This document shows positions 9,344 to 20,999 of a DNA stretch of 48,257 bases, in pieces (the stretch's first letter is position 1; each line of letters starts with the position of its first letter). The translations under genes and the position numbers were made by a program. The stretch comes from an uncultured Actinomycetes bacterium. Its GTDB lineage: Bacteria > Actinomycetota > Actinomycetes > S36-B12. Location: contig CAIXFB010000269.1 in the NCBI GenBank assembly GCA_903918595.1, positions 1 through 48,257 of the forward strand, written 5' to 3'. A model generated the notes under the pieces. That model was not told the origin of the DNA. It saw only the letters and a list, made by a program, of their open reading frames with translations, and searched no databases.

Positions 9344-10206
9344 GAGCGAACACCACTCACCGGTGCGCCGTAGGTATCTTCGGGAACCGTTCCGACGTCG
9401 GCCCAGCGCACCCGATCACCGCGGAAAGTGGGCCCGTCAGTGCACGAACGCACCATGCGGGTGATTCCGTCATCGCCGATCACCGGGAGAACGCAGGTCA
9501 TACACACGCCAATTCCGCACGCCATTGCTTCTTCCACTGAACACTGGCTAAACACACGCTTGCGGGTGGAAATTTCAGCGACAGCAGCGAGCATCCCCAT
9601 TGGCCCACATGCGTACACAACGTCAGCGTTGACACGATCAATGAGCTCCGGCAGTACGTCTGCGACATTGCCTTTGATGCCAGTGGATCCGTCGTCGGTG
9701 GTCACAGTGATAGCGGTCGCGAGTCGTTTGAGCTCCAGTACGCCAAAAAGCTTCTCTTCGGTGCTCGCACCCAACACCGCATCAACTCGACAACCTCGAT
9801 CGCGAAGTTGCTCAGCAAGCACAAATAGCGGGGCGCTTCCGTAACCACCACCCACGATGACACATGAAACCGGAGATTTGGGTAACGAGAACGGGGTGCC
9901 CAGTGGACCCACAACGGCCAAGGTGTCGTGGCGCCGGCGTTCGGACAACCACTTGGTGCCCTTGCCATGAACTGAAACAACGATGTCTAGGGTTCCGCCG
10001 TACACGCCCCGCGATTGCACCTGATGGATGGCGAAGGAGCGACGAAGCATCATGCTTGACTCTTCCCCGCCCATCGCAATCGTGATGAATTGCCCAGGCT
10101 TGGCTACCTCGGCGATTCCTGGTGCAGTGAGAGAAATGACAAAATAACTTCCAGCCCTACGCACGTCGAGTACTTCCGAGGTCACTTGCAGTGTCACGCT
10201 CATCAC
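9340..10206 (-). CDS. pyrK: dihydroorotate dehydrogenase electron-transfer subunit
   Basis: 288 aa. Ferredoxin-reductase-like fold motifs ([13 protein letters not shown]) and a C-terminal 2Fe-2S cysteine cluster (CGIGVCMTC...C). Sits between carB and pyrD. Confidence 0.85.
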   Translation of the reverse strand: MMSVTLQVTSEVLDVRRAGSYFVISLTAPGIAEVAKPGQFITIAMGGEESSMMLRRSFAIHQVQSRGVYGGTLDIVVSVHGKGTKWLSERRRHDTLAVVGPLGTPFSLPKSPVSCVIVGGGYGSAPLFVLAEQLRDRGCRVDAVLGASTEEKLFGVLELKRLATAITVTTDDGSTGIKGNVADVLPELIDRVNADVVYACGPMGMLAAVAEISTRKRVFSQCSVEEAMACGIGVCMTCVLPVIGDDGITRMVRSCTDGPTFRGDRVRWADVGTVPEDTYGAPVSGVRS

Positions 10207-13200
10207 CCCCGACCATCGAGTGCATCCGCTTCAGCCCGCAGCCGAGCCACATCTAACGCGTGCTCTTGCATGGACCGCACTCCTGGTTGCATAGATTGCA
10301 TTGAGTCGATTCCCTGCACCGCTGCGGACAAACCTTGCACGGTCGTAATTGACGCAATGCCTTTGGTGACCGCAGCTGTTCTGATTTCGTAGCCATCGGC
10401 CCGAGGCCCAACACCATAAGGCGTATTCACGATGAGATCCACGTCACCGTTCATGATGGCATCGACCGAGGTGGGTTCGCCGGCGGCGCCTCTACCCTCA
10501 TGCTGTTTGCGGAGAATTCCAACCTCGATTCCGTGTCCCTTGAGGAATTGAGCCGTGCCCGACGTGGCAACAATGGTGAAACCGATCTCACTGAGCCGGC
10601 GGACTGGACCAACCGCAGCGTCCTTGTCACGATCAGCTAGGGAAACAAAGGCGACACCAGAGGATGGCAATCCGCCGGTGTAAGCAGCATCTTGAGATTT
10701 TGCGTATGCCACCCCGAATGTGTCGTCGATTCCCATGACCTCACCCGTGGAACGCATCTCTGGACCGAGGACGGTATCGACGCCATGGAATCTGCCGAAA
10801 GGAAGGACCGCTTCTTTGACCGAGACTGCTGTTCCCTCGGGCAATGTGCCGCCGTCTCCGTGAAGGGGCAACAAACCTTGAGTCCGAAGGTCAGCGATGG
10901 ATGCCCCGAGCATCACCCGAGAGGCAGCCTTCGCTACCTGAACGGCAGTTGCCTTGGAGACAAAAGGTACGGTCCGAGATGCACGTGGATTCGCCTCTAA
11001 GACGTAGAGCACCCCCTCTGCCAGTGCATATTGGACATTGAGCAGGCCAACCACCCCGACACCTTCAGCGATGGCACGCGTCGATTCTCGGATGCGCTCG
11101 ATTTCTGCCGGTCCCAGCGTGATGGGGGGCAGCGCACAGGCGGAGTCGCCGGAATGAATACCAGCCTCTTCAATGTGCTCCATCACACCGGCAAGGTAAA
11201 GATCAGTGCCGTCGAAGATCGCGTCAACGTCAATCTCGATAGCGTCGTCGAGGAATCGATCGACCAGCACGGGGTGATCGGCATTGATATCAGTGGATCG
11301 CTCGAGGTAGTCGGCCAACATCGAATCGTCGTAAACAATCTCCATCCCTCTGCCCCCGAGAACGTAACTCGGCCGCACCAACACTGGATAACCCACATCA
11401 GCGGCGATGAGTTGCGCTTCCTGAAAAGAACTTGCAGTTCCGTGCTTGGGAGCCGGCAAACCGGCTCGGGCGAGAACCTGACCAAAAGCACCGCGTTCTT
11501 CGGCGAGGTGAATCGCCGCTGGGGAGGTTCCCACAATCGGCACGCCTTCATCGGCGAGTGCTTGCGCCAGGCCCAGAGGGGTCTGACCACCGAGTTGGAC
11601 AATAACGCCTACCAATGTGCCCGCCTGTGCTTCCAGATGCACGATTTCCAGAACGTCTTCTAGGGTCAGGGGTTCAAAATAGAGGCGATCAGACGTGTCG
11701 TAATCCGTTGACACCGTCTCGGGGTTGCAATTCACCATGATGGTTTCGTAGCCGGCCTCACTAAGAGTGAGGGCCGCATGCACACACGAATAGTCGAACT
11801 CGATTCCTTGACCAATCCGGTTTGGCCCAGATCCAAGAATGATGACCTTCTTCCGATCTGTTGGAAAGGCCTCGTTCTCTTCATCGTATGAGGAGTAGTG
11901 GTACGGAGTCACAGCCTCAAATTCAGCCGCGCATGTATCAACCGTCTTGTACACCGGACGAATCCCCAGTGAATGACGATATCTGCGCTCCTCTGCCTCT
12001 GTTGAATTTCGCAATTGCGCAATCTGCCGGTCACTGAAGCCCATTGATTTGACGGCGAAGAGCAGTTCTGCATCGAGGGAATCCGCAGCACGAATGACGT
12101 CTGCCATTTCGTTGATCTGCATGATTTGATCGAGGAACCAGGGGTCGATATTTGTTGCCTCGTGCACTTCCTCGATGCTTGATCCAGCCCACAATGCGAG
12201 TTGTACCAATGACAGCCGGCCATCATGTGGACGCTTCATCAAGTTCAATAGGTCAGCGCAGTCCACCTCGGCACGATCCGCGGGCCAGGAGAAAATCGCT
12301 TCTTTCTTCTCCAGTGAGCGAAGCGCCTTTTGTAGAGCCTCTGGGAAGGAGCGGCCGATCGACATCGCCTCCCCCACACTTTTCATGTTGGTGGTCAAAG
12401 TCGTGTCGGCACCCGGGAATTTCTCAAAGGCAAACCGCGGCACTTTGACAACGATGTAATCCAATGTGGGCTCAAACGAAGCAGGAGTCGACTTTGTAAT
12501 GTCGTTGGGGATTTCATCGAGGGTGTATCCGATCGCCAATCGGGCAGCGATCTTGGCGATCGGGAATCCTGTCGCCTTCGATGCCAGTGCTGAGGAGCGC
12601 GAAACCCGCGGATTCATTTCGATGACGATCATGCGGCCATCGTCAGGGTTGATCGCAAACTGGATATTGCAACCGCCCGTATCAACACCGACCGCCCGAA
12701 TGATGTCGATACCCACATCCCGCATGTGCTGGTATTCACGGTCGGTCAATGTCAGAGCTGGCGCAACAGTGATTGAATCACCGGTGTGAACCCCCATGGG
12801 ATCTAAGTTCTCGATCGAGCAAATGACCACAACGTTGTCTTTGTTATCGCGCATCAGCTCAAGTTCGTACTCTTTCCAGCCGATGATCGATTCCTCGAGT
12901 AACACCTCTGTAGTGGGACTTGCCTGCAGGCCGGCACCAGCGATTCGGTGCAGATCGGATTCATCGTAAGCAATTCCAGATCCAGCTCCTCCCATGGTGA
13001 AAGAGGGCCGGACCACCACTGGATACTGCAAGTCCTCAACCGCCTGAAGGCATTCGTCCATCGAATGACAGATCCATGAGCGCGCACTTTCGGCACCGAT
13101 GTCAGACACGATGGTGCGAAACTTCTCCCGGTTTTCACCACGTTCAATGGCTTCCACATCGGCACCGATCAATTCAACGCCGTACTTCTCCAGCACGCCA

Positions 13201-13514
13201 GCCGCGTGCAGAGCGATCGCCGTGTTCAGTGCGGTCTGTCCGCCCAACGTGGGAAGCAATGCATCCGGGCGTTCCTTGGAAATGATGCGTTCGACGTATT
13301 CAGGGGTAATCGGCTCGATATAGGTAGCGTCAGCAAATTCAGGGTCAGTCATGATCGTCGCGGGATTGGAATTCACAAGAATCACGCGCAGGCCTTCAGA
13401 GCGCAATACTCGGCATGCTTGAGTGCCGGAATAGTCGAATTCACATGCCTGACCGATCACGATCGGGCCGGAACCGATCACCATTACCGAGGAAATATCG
13501 TCGCGCTTTGGCAT
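10203..13514 (-). CDS. carB: carbamoyl-phosphate synthase large subunit
   Basis: 1103 aa with a duplicated ATP-grasp architecture. The N-terminus reads [33 protein letters not shown]; the second half carries [15 protein letters not shown]. Confidence 0.97.
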   Translation of the reverse strand: MPKRDDISSVMVIGSGPIVIGQACEFDYSGTQACRVLRSEGLRVILVNSNPATIMTDPEFADATYIEPITPEYVERIISKERPDALLPTLGGQTALNTAIALHAAGVLEKYGVELIGADVEAIERGENREKFRTIVSDIGAESARSWICHSMDECLQAVEDLQYPVVVRPSFTMGGAGSGIAYDESDLHRIAGAGLQASPTTEVLLEESIIGWKEYELELMRDNKDNVVVICSIENLDPMGVHTGDSITVAPALTLTDREYQHMRDVGIDIIRAVGVDTGGCNIQFAINPDDGRMIVIEMNPRVSRSSALASKATGFPIAKIAARLAIGYTLDEIPNDITKSTPASFEPTLDYIVVKVPRFAFEKFPGADTTLTTNMKSVGEAMSIGRSFPEALQKALRSLEKKEAIFSWPADRAEVDCADLLNLMKRPHDGRLSLVQLALWAGSSIEEVHEATNIDPWFLDQIMQINEMADVIRAADSLDAELLFAVKSMGFSDRQIAQLRNSTEAEERRYRHSLGIRPVYKTVDTCAAEFEAVTPYHYSSYDEENEAFPTDRKKVIILGSGPNRIGQGIEFDYSCVHAALTLSEAGYETIMVNCNPETVSTDYDTSDRLYFEPLTLEDVLEIVHLEAQAGTLVGVIVQLGGQTPLGLAQALADEGVPIVGTSPAAIHLAEERGAFGQVLARAGLPAPKHGTASSFQEAQLIAADVGYPVLVRPSYVLGGRGMEIVYDDSMLADYLERSTDINADHPVLVDRFLDDAIEIDVDAIFDGTDLYLAGVMEHIEEAGIHSGDSACALPPITLGPAEIERIRESTRAIAEGVGVVGLLNVQYALAEGVLYVLEANPRASRTVPFVSKATAVQVAKAASRVMLGASIADLRTQGLLPLHGDGGTLPEGTAVSVKEAVLPFGRFHGVDTVLGPEMRSTGEVMGIDDTFGVAYAKSQDAAYTGGLPSSGVAFVSLADRDKDAAVGPVRRLSEIGFTIVATSGTAQFLKGHGIEVGILRKQHEGRGAAGEPTSVDAIMNGDVDLIVNTPYGVGPRADGYEIRTAAVTKGIASITTVQGLSAAVQGIDSMQSMQPGVRSMQEHALDVARLRAEADALDGRG

Positions 13515-14671
13515 CAGCGGGCCTGCGCCATCAGATCGGCAAATCGATCAAACAAGTAATCGGCATCGTGCGGTCCGGCTGCGGCCTCTGGGTGGTACTG
13601 CACGCTGAATGCAGGAACGTCTAGGCACTCAAGGCCCTCAACTACGTCGTCATTTAAACACACATGCGAAACGCGAGCGTTACCAAAGGGAGTGCTGAAC
13701 GGACCCTCACGCGGAGCATCAACTGCGAATCCATGGTTATGCGCTGTCACTTCGACCTTTCCTGTCGATAGGTCTTGAACAGGTTGGTTGATCCCTCTGT
13801 GGCCATAGCGCAACTTGTACGTGGGAAGGCCAAGTGCTCGGCCAAGTATCTGATTGCCGAAACAAATTCCGAATACTGGAACCCCCGCGGATATGGCGGC
13901 CTTCATCACCTCGACTGCATGCTCAGCGGTGGCTGGATCGCCGGGTCCGTTGGAGAAGAACACTCCATCTGGTGCGATCTGGGAAATCTGATCCCAATCA
14001 AAACTGGCCGGTACCACGTGCACTTCCATTCCGCGCTCTGCCATCCGATGGGGGGTCATTGACTTGATACCAAGGTCAATGGCCGCGACCGTGTAGCTGC
14101 GCACACCGATGGCCGGGATCACATAAGGCTCGGGCGTTGTGACATCACTGGTGAGGTCAGCCCCTTGCATCAGCGGCGATGCGAGCACCGCCTCGAGCAA
14201 TTCAGAGTCCGCAGCACCTGCAGCCGCTCCGCTGAAGATTCCTACGCGCATCGCACCGCGCTCGCGAAGATGCCGGGTGAGGGCCCGAGTATCTATTCCG
14301 CTGATACCCACGATGCCTTGCTCGCGCAATTCTTCTTCGAGGGAACCGGTGGCCCGCCAGTTCGACGTGCGACGAGCCGGATCGCGGACTACGAAGCCAG
14401 ATACCCAGATCCGGCTCGATTCGCCGTCTTCGAGATTGACCCCGGTGTTGCCGATGTGCGGGGCAGTCATAACGACCACCTGCTGGTGGTAGGACGGGTC
14501 CGTCAGGGTCTCTTGATAGCCGGTCATACCAGTTGAGAAGACCGCCTCACCGAAGGTTGTGCCTTCTGCGCCGTAGGCATATCCACGCATTGATCGGCCA
14601 TCTTCAAGCATGAGAACCGCATTGCGTCTAGCTTGGAAGGTACCGGCGAAGACGGGTACGGGGGCGCTCAT
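13514..14671 (-). CDS. carA: carbamoyl-phosphate synthase small subunit (glutamine amidotransferase)
   Basis: 385 aa. GATase active-site context GICFGNQIL and HNHGFAV. A 1-nt TGATG overlap with the carB start. Confidence 0.95.
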   Translation of the reverse strand: MSAPVPVFAGTFQARRNAVLMLEDGRSMRGYAYGAEGTTFGEAVFSTGMTGYQETLTDPSYHQQVVVMTAPHIGNTGVNLEDGESSRIWVSGFVVRDPARRTSNWRATGSLEEELREQGIVGISGIDTRALTRHLRERGAMRVGIFSGAAAGAADSELLEAVLASPLMQGADLTSDVTTPEPYVIPAIGVRSYTVAAIDLGIKSMTPHRMAERGMEVHVVPASFDWDQISQIAPDGVFFSNGPGDPATAEHAVEVMKAAISAGVPVFGICFGNQILGRALGLPTYKLRYGHRGINQPVQDLSTGKVEVTAHNHGFAVDAPREGPFSTPFGNARVSHVCLNDDVVEGLECLDVPAFSVQYHPEAAAGPHDADYLFDRFADLMAQAR

Positions 14672-15213
14672 GAGGCGGCCAATCCGTGTGCAGACATGAG
14701 TCCATCCAACAGGTCCGCATGTGCCGAGCTTTCATCCGCCCGGAATCCGGTGTCGAGTATGCGATCACCGAGCTGCCAGGTGAGCACGATGACACTGTCT
14801 TTTGCCCGAACAGTGCCCGCGGTACCGCGATCGACTCGAAGTGCCACCAGATCTGCACTCGGGATGAATACCGATCGTGCGCCCACCCTGCGCAGCCAGA
14901 CTCCCGCTGAGGAGACAACCAGGCCAGCCCGACTCCGCACGCCCAGATCGTGAACAACCACGCGGTCGGTCCAGTCGCCATGGACGGCGGTACCCAGGAA
15001 CAGACCGGACACCCCATCCACGTCTTGATCGGCGTCAGGTGGCACATCGAGTGGAGCAGGAATATCGCTTTGGCGTGCTTCCCGGTGCTGCCATCCTTTG
15101 CGCATCCCCCACAGGGCGAGCGCTATGAGAGCGACTGTCGCGACGACTAAACCAATCCGGGCTGGCCAGTTTGTGACGTCAGCCTGTTCCGTGAATTCCT
15201 GCAACAAGATCAT
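14668..15213 (-). CDS. conserved single-pass membrane protein of unknown function inside the pyr operon
   Basis: ORF 14668..15240, trimmed to the ATG at 15213..15211, which forms an ATGA overlap with the pyrC stop. There is another 4-nt overlap with the carA start. One N-terminal TM helix ([18 protein letters not shown]) is followed by a soluble domain of about 130 aa. A gene of unknown function occupies the same pyrC-carA slot in mycobacteria (from memory, Rv1382). Confidence 0.6.
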   Translation of the reverse strand: MILLQEFTEQADVTNWPARIGLVVATVALIALALWGMRKGWQHREARQSDIPAPLDVPPDADQDVDGVSGLFLGTAVHGDWTDRVVVHDLGVRSRAGLVVSSAGVWLRRVGARSVFIPSADLVALRVDRGTAGTVRAKDSVIVLTWQLGDRILDTGFRADESSAHADLLDGLMSAHGLAAS

Positions 15214-16496
15214 GCGAGCACTCCATCGCGAACCGTGCACTTGCCTGCGTAAAAGACGTGGGTGACCTGACCAGGAAGATCCATTCCTGCGTAGGGCGTA
15301 TTACGGCTTTTTGATGCCATGTTTGCTGGCTCCACCACGGTGCGCAACCGCGGATTCACCACGGTGATGTTTGCTGGCTCGCCCACTTTGAGATCACGCC
15401 CTTGATCCAAGACTCGACCAATTTTTGCAGGGGCAATGGACATGCGATCAGCGAGTTCCCGCCACGTCAACATGCCGGGCTCCACAAGAGTTAACAGTGC
15501 TATCGAAAACGCGGTCTCCAAACCGAGCATTCCCATCGCTGCTGCTGCCCATTCACAATCCTTGTCCTCGTGCGGGTGAGGCGCGTGGTCAGTGGCGATG
15601 ATGTCGATAGTGCCATCAGCAACCGCCTCACGCAGCGCCACAACATCTTCGATTCGCCGCAAAGGTGGATTCACTTTGTAAATCGGATCGTAAGAGGCGA
15701 CGAGCTCCTCGGTGAGTAGCAAATGATGTGGTGCTACCTCGGCGGTCACGTTGATTCCACGCGCTTTGGCCCATCTGATGACATCGACAGAACCAGCTGT
15801 TGAAAGATGACAGACGTGCAATCGCGAGCCGACATGATCTGCCAGCAGCACATCGCGGGCGATGATCGACTCTTCGGCGACCGCAGGCCAACCTGCGAGG
15901 CCTAGTTGACCGGACAACAACCCCTCATTCATCTGGGCATCGATCGTTAGGCGGGGATCCTGAGCATGCTGGGCCACCACTCCGTCAAAGGCCTTGACGT
16001 ACTCAAGTGCTCGGCGCATCAATAGGGGGTCATGAACGCATTTGCCGTCGTCGCTGAAAACACGGACGTTCGCGGCAGAATGTGCCATCGCGCCCAGCTC
16101 GGCCAATTGCGTGCCATCTAGGCCCACGGTGACAGCACCCACCGGACGAACGTTGACGAGACCAGTCTCTTTGCCTCGTCGCCACACCTGTTCAACAACT
16201 CCGGCAGTATCAGCAACGGGAGAAGTATTTGCCATTGCATGCACGCAGGTGAATCCACCCAGCGCCGCCGATTGCGCCCCGGTGAGAATTGTTTCCGCAT
16301 CCTCTCGACCCGGTTCGCGAAGGTGTGTGTGCAGATCCACAAATCCAGGTAACGCAATAAGTTCCGCGCATTCGAATACGACATCGCCGACGCCACTACC
16401 CGGTTGGGAGATTGCCACGATCAAACCGTCTTCAATAACGATGTCAGCAGCTTCTTCGCCGTACGGGCGCACGTTTCTCAGTACCTGAGAACTCAT
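15210..16496 (-). CDS. pyrC: dihydroorotase
   Basis: 428 aa. Metal-binding motif [10 protein letters not shown], plus later amidohydrolase motifs (ATDHAPH). Confidence 0.93.
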   Translation of the reverse strand: MSSQVLRNVRPYGEEAADIVIEDGLIVAISQPGSGVGDVVFECAELIALPGFVDLHTHLREPGREDAETILTGAQSAALGGFTCVHAMANTSPVADTAGVVEQVWRRGKETGLVNVRPVGAVTVGLDGTQLAELGAMAHSAANVRVFSDDGKCVHDPLLMRRALEYVKAFDGVVAQHAQDPRLTIDAQMNEGLLSGQLGLAGWPAVAEESIIARDVLLADHVGSRLHVCHLSTAGSVDVIRWAKARGINVTAEVAPHHLLLTEELVASYDPIYKVNPPLRRIEDVVALREAVADGTIDIIATDHAPHPHEDKDCEWAAAAMGMLGLETAFSIALLTLVEPGMLTWRELADRMSIAPAKIGRVLDQGRDLKVGEPANITVVNPRLRTVVEPANMASKSRNTPYAGMDLPGQVTHVFYAGKCTVRDGVLA

Positions 16497-17434
16497 TGTT
16501 CGACCTCCGCCATTCCACCGAGCAGTAGATACAAGACCGCCATCCGAACACTTACTCCATTGGCAACTTGCTCCACCATCACCGATCTGTTTTCATCCGC
16601 CACATCGGCAGAGATTTCCATTCCGCGGTTCATCGGTCCGGGATGAAGAACTATTGCGTGACTCGGGAGCAAGTTGAACCGATCGATGTCGAGTCCATAG
16701 AGCCTCGAATACTCCAGCGCCGAGGGAAAGAAGGCAGCCTGCATTCGCTCTGCCTGGACACGGAGCATCATCACCGCATCAACTCGAGGTAGGACACTTT
16801 CGATGTCATAGGAGACTGAACAGGGCCACGAATCAATTCCGTATGGAAGCAAGGTTGGTGGTGCCACAACAGTCACCGATGCACCGAGGGTTTTGAGAAG
16901 CAGAACATTCGAGCGCGCGACTCGACTATGCAAAATATCTCCCACGATCGCCACCGACAAACCGGAGAGATCCCCGGAGCCCCCTGCCAAATGGCGCCTG
17001 AGCGTGTAGGCATCCAAGAGTGCTTGGGTTGGGTGCTCATGCGTGCCATCGCCAGCGTTTATGACCGAACAGCCTGTCCAAGACGAGGCAGCCAAACGAT
17101 GCGGCGCCCCCGAAGCCCCATGGCGAATAATCACCGCATCCGCACCCATCGCTTCCAGGGTGAGCGCAGTATCTTTCAAACTCTCACCCTTGGAAACAGA
17201 TGAGCCTTTCGCCGCGAAATTGATCACGTCAGCAGAAAGTCTCTTCGCTGCTACTTCAAATGAAATGCGGGTCCGAGTTGAATCTTCGAAGAAGAGATTG
17301 ACAACGGTGCGACCCCGAAGGGTAGGCAATTTCTTCACTGAACGATCCGTCACTTCAGCTAGTTGCGCTGCAGTATCAAGGATGAGGACCGCTTCATCAT
17401 GCGATAGATCGGCGGCTGAGAGTAAATGCTGCAT
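16493..17434 (-). CDS. pyrB: aspartate carbamoyltransferase catalytic subunit
   Basis: 313 aa. Motifs: [32 protein letters not shown]. Confidence 0.95.
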   Translation of the reverse strand: MQHLLSAADLSHDEAVLILDTAAQLAEVTDRSVKKLPTLRGRTVVNLFFEDSTRTRISFEVAAKRLSADVINFAAKGSSVSKGESLKDTALTLEAMGADAVIIRHGASGAPHRLAASSWTGCSVINAGDGTHEHPTQALLDAYTLRRHLAGGSGDLSGLSVAIVGDILHSRVARSNVLLLKTLGASVTVVAPPTLLPYGIDSWPCSVSYDIESVLPRVDAVMMLRVQAERMQAAFFPSALEYSRLYGLDIDRFNLLPSHAIVLHPGPMNRGMEISADVADENRSVMVEQVANGVSVRMAVLYLLLGGMAEVEQ

Positions 17435-17976
17435 CAGGAGCCACCCCCATTAATCTCCACGGAATCTGCACCATCGACCTCTGCAAGAAGGACCCGCACG
17501 TTCTCCACGAGTGAAGTTGGCAGATTCTTTCCCACATAGTCCGGTCTGATGGGTAATTCACGGTGACCTCGATCCACCAGGACCGCTAACCGTACGGCGG
17601 CGGGACGGCCTAGGTCATTGAGCGCATCGAGAGCCGCACGGATGGTCCGACCGGAGAAAAGAACATCGTCGACCAGCACGATTGTGAGACCGTCTACACC
17701 CGAGGTCGGTATCGAGGTTGATTCGAGAGCGCGCACGGTCCGCAAACGCAAATCGTCGCGGTACAACGTTATGTCGAGTGCGCCACACGGGACCTGAACG
17801 CCCTCGATGGCCGTGATTGCATCAGCGATTCGCTGGGCAAGAAAAACGCCTCGCGTGGGAATTCCAAGAAGAAGCAGTGCTTCTGGTCCTTTGGCCTTTT
17901 CCACAATTTCGTGGGCAATACGACGAATTGCGCGAGCGATGTCGGCCTCGTCGAGGACGACGCGAGCAGAATCCAC
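17434..17976 (-). CDS. pyrR: bifunctional pyr operon regulator / uracil phosphoribosyltransferase PyrR
   Basis: PRPP-binding motif [18 protein letters not shown]. The ORF track begins at a GTG at 18000. I prefer the GTG at 17976..17974 ([13 protein letters not shown]...), which is preceded by GGAAGGGGG at the correct spacing. Confidence 0.9.
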   Translation of the reverse strand: MDSARVVLDEADIARAIRRIAHEIVEKAKGPEALLLLGIPTRGVFLAQRIADAITAIEGVQVPCGALDITLYRDDLRLRTVRALESTSIPTSGVDGLTIVLVDDVLFSGRTIRAALDALNDLGRPAAVRLAVLVDRGHRELPIRPDYVGKNLPTSLVENVRVLLAEVDGADSVEINGGGS

Positions 17977-17982
17977 TAGGGA

Positions 17983-18016
17983 CCCCCTTCCCCGCCTCAC
18001 TGGACGGGCTTAAAGG
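17983..18016 (-). promoter_or_regulatory. PyrR-binding RNA hairpin overlapping the pyrR ribosome-binding site
   Basis: The minus-strand RNA reads CCUUUAAGCCCGUCCAGUGAGGCGGGGAAGGGGG. The upper stem is CCCG/CGGG. The loop UCCAGUGAGG matches the PyrR binding-loop consensus UCCAGAGAGG with one change. The lower stem CCUUU/GAAGG sequesters the purine-rich SD that lies 6 nt before the GTG at 17976. Confidence 0.7.
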
Positions 18017-18045
18017 TTGTCAGATGTTGCTGATCCTAATGCAGG

Positions 18046-19479
18046 TCAGACTCCGCTACCGGCAACACCCTTACCCATTTTGTGTACCCGCATCCCATTC
18101 GTGGTTCCAGGCACTCCTGGCGGCACTCCAGCAACGATGACAACTCGCTCGCCGACAGTGGCCCGCCCGATGTCGAGGAGCGCCTTGTCAACCTGAGCAA
18201 CCATGTCGTCAGTGTGCTGGACCTGTGGCACTAGGAAAGTTTCAACACCCCAGACCAGAGCAAGTTGACTGCGAACCCGCGGGTTCGGGGTGAAGGCCAA
18301 CAGACCGGTCTCGCACCGCCACCGAGCAATGAGCCGGGCAGAGCGGCCCGTCTCGGTAAAGGCGATCAAGTACTTGGCGTCAATATCGATCGCCACGTTC
18401 ACAGCTGAACGAGTGAGCGCTCTCGCTGTTGATGGGTTAGGGCGATCCTCGAGTTTTGGGATTTTGGCGAGAGCCTCAGCCTCAACATGTTCAATAATCC
18501 GCGACATTGTGCGCACTACCAGAGTGGGATTGATGCCAACACTGGTTTCGCCGGAGAGCATGAGAGCGTCGGCGCCATCAAGCACCGCATTGGCAACATC
18601 GCTGGCCTCAGCTCGTGTGGGTCTACTTGCTGTGATCATCGAATCGAGCATTTGCGTTGCGACGATTACTGGTTTTCCCACCTCGCGACACAACTGAATT
18701 GCGCGTTTTTGCTCAAGCGGAACATGTTCCAAGGGCAATTCCACCCCGAGATCACCGCGGGCAACCATGATGCCGTCGAACGCATCAATAATCTCCGTCA
18801 AATTGGCGATCGCTTGGGGCTTTTCAATTTTGGCAAGTACCGGTAGCCGAATGTCCTCTTCATCCATGATGGCGTGCACATCAGCAATATCTGCAGCGGT
18901 CCGGACAAAGGACAGCGCAATCATGTCCGCGCCGATTCGCAGTGCCCAGCGAAGATCGTCAATGTCTTTTTCTGACAGAGCGGGAACATTGACTGCAACC
19001 CCAGGCAGGTTGAAGCCCTTGTTGTCGGAAACAGTTCCGCCTTCAATCACTTGGGTGTGCACTCGTGGACCATCGACTTTGGTGACCTTCAGTTCGATAC
19101 GGCCATCGTCGACCAACACCATGTCACCGACAGTTACATCCGCAGGAAGCCCCTTGAACGTGGTCGAGACCATGTGCACATCTCCTGGCACATCTTCGGT
19201 TGTAACAATGAACTCAGCTCCGGTTTTCAATTCCACTGGACCATCAGCAAAGCGCCCAAGCCTGATTTTGGGCCCCTGGAGGTCAACCAAAATTCCAACT
19301 CCACGGCCCGTTGTATCCGATGCCTCCCGCACATGGGAGTACACCTGCTCATGATCGGCGTAATCTCCATGAGACAGGTTCAACCTGGCAACATCCATTC
19401 CAGCCTCGACCAGGGCTTGAATCTGCTTCAGGGACGAAGTAGCAGGTCCCAAGGTGGCCACGATCTTTGCTCTGCGCAT
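18046..19479 (-). CDS. pyk: pyruvate kinase
   Basis: 477 aa. Motifs: MRRAKIVATLGPAT, MVARGDLGVE. Confidence 0.95.
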   Translation of the reverse strand: MRRAKIVATLGPATSSLKQIQALVEAGMDVARLNLSHGDYADHEQVYSHVREASDTTGRGVGILVDLQGPKIRLGRFADGPVELKTGAEFIVTTEDVPGDVHMVSTTFKGLPADVTVGDMVLVDDGRIELKVTKVDGPRVHTQVIEGGTVSDNKGFNLPGVAVNVPALSEKDIDDLRWALRIGADMIALSFVRTAADIADVHAIMDEEDIRLPVLAKIEKPQAIANLTEIIDAFDGIMVARGDLGVELPLEHVPLEQKRAIQLCREVGKPVIVATQMLDSMITASRPTRAEASDVANAVLDGADALMLSGETSVGINPTLVVRTMSRIIEHVEAEALAKIPKLEDRPNPSTARALTRSAVNVAIDIDAKYLIAFTETGRSARLIARWRCETGLLAFTPNPRVRSQLALVWGVETFLVPQVQHTDDMVAQVDKALLDIGRATVGERVVIVAGVPPGVPGTTNGMRVHKMGKGVAGSGV

Positions 19480-19543
19480 GAGGTCAACCTTACCCGCAAA
19501 CGGTTACACGATCTGCGCCGACGAGCCGAGGCTCATCTGTCCT

Positions 19544-20998
19544 TCACACCAAGAGTTGACGATCGGTGGCTTTAATCGGCGACGGGAGATTCGTGGTGCC
19601 CATGAGGAAGGCGTCTACCGAAGCTGCAGCTGCTCGACCCTCAGCAATGGCCCACACAATGAGTGACTGCCCTCGGCCAGCGTCGCCAGCGACAAAAACT
19701 CCTTCAATTGATGTTGCATAGTCCGCAGACCGAGCAAGATTCCCGCGCGCATCGGTCTCGAGTCCGAGTTGTTCAAACAGTGGACTCTTTTCCGGCCCGG
19801 TGAACCCCATCGCCAAGAACACAACATCAGCCGGGATGCGCTGCTCGGATCCTGCCCTTGGTCGGAATCCACCTTCGTGCGGCTCCACTTCGATCAAGTG
19901 AAGGGCACAAACTCGACCGTTGCCATCATCTTCGAAACGCTCCGTGGAGACCGAGAACAATCGATCACCACCTTCTTCATGCGCACTCGTGGTCCGGTAG
20001 ACCATCGGGTATGTAGGCCAAGGCTGCGATCCTGGACGGGTATCTGGTGGAGTCGGCATGATTTCAAGTTGGGTGACAGAAGCCGCCCCTTGTCGATGCG
20101 AGGTTCCAAGGCAGTCCGCCCCAGTATCACCACCACCGATGATCACCACATGCTTGCCCGCGACATCAATCGGTGAGATTACAAGGTCGCCCTCTTGAAC
20201 TCGATTGGCGAGCGGCAGGTACTCCATGGCCTGGTGAATGCCCTTGAGTTCACTTCCAGGCACTGCCAACCCGCGCGCCTCGGTGGCTCCCGCGGCGATC
20301 ACTATGGCGTCGTATCGGCGTCGGAGATCTTGACCGGTGATGTCGATTCCCACATCGACGCCGGCTCGGAATTTGACGCCTTCGGCTTCTAGTTGTGCCA
20401 GCCGCTGATCGACATGGTGCTTTTCCATTTTGAACTCTGGGATCCCGTAGCGCAAAAGCCCACCAATCCGATCGGCGCGCTCAAACACGGCCACGGTGTG
20501 CCCGGCGCGAGCGAGTTGCTGCGCCGCTGCAAGACCTGCTGGCCCGGATCCAATCACCGCAACAGTGCGGCCGGAGAGACGCTCTGGTAATTGCGGAGTT
20601 ATCCAGCCAGATTCCCACGCTTTATCAACGATTGCTACCTCAACCTGCTTGATGGTGACCGGCTCAGCGTTGATGCCGAGCACGCAAGCGGCCTCGCATG
20701 GTGCCGGGCAAAGACGCCCAGTGAACTCGGGGAAGTTATTGGTGGCATGCAGGCGCTCAATCGCTTGACCCCAATCGCGATCGAACACCAGATCATTCCA
20801 TTCGGGAATGAGGTTGCCCAGTGGGCAGCCATTGTGACAAAAAGGGATGCCGCAGTCCATGCATCGCCCAGCTTGTTTTTCGAGGGACTGAACATCGAAT
20901 TCTTCGTACACCTCACGCCAGTCTTTGATGCGCACATCCACCGGACGCCGTGTGGGCAGTTCGCGACTCGTGGTCAAGAAACCTTTCGGATCAGCCAT
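19544..20998 (-). CDS. gltD: glutamate synthase (NADPH) small subunit
   Basis: Motifs: CMDCGIPFCH, GSGPAGLAAA. I trimmed the start to the ATG at 20998..20996 (MADPKGFL), 1 nt after the gltB stop. Confidence 0.93.
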   Translation of the reverse strand: MADPKGFLTTSRELPTRRPVDVRIKDWREVYEEFDVQSLEKQAGRCMDCGIPFCHNGCPLGNLIPEWNDLVFDRDWGQAIERLHATNNFPEFTGRLCPAPCEAACVLGINAEPVTIKQVEVAIVDKAWESGWITPQLPERLSGRTVAVIGSGPAGLAAAQQLARAGHTVAVFERADRIGGLLRYGIPEFKMEKHHVDQRLAQLEAEGVKFRAGVDVGIDITGQDLRRRYDAIVIAAGATEARGLAVPGSELKGIHQAMEYLPLANRVQEGDLVISPIDVAGKHVVIIGGGDTGADCLGTSHRQGAASVTQLEIMPTPPDTRPGSQPWPTYPMVYRTTSAHEEGGDRLFSVSTERFEDDGNGRVCALHLIEVEPHEGGFRPRAGSEQRIPADVVFLAMGFTGPEKSPLFEQLGLETDARGNLARSADYATSIEGVFVAGDAGRGQSLIVWAIAEGRAAAASVDAFLMGTTNLPSPIKATDRQLLV

Positions 20999-20999
20999 G

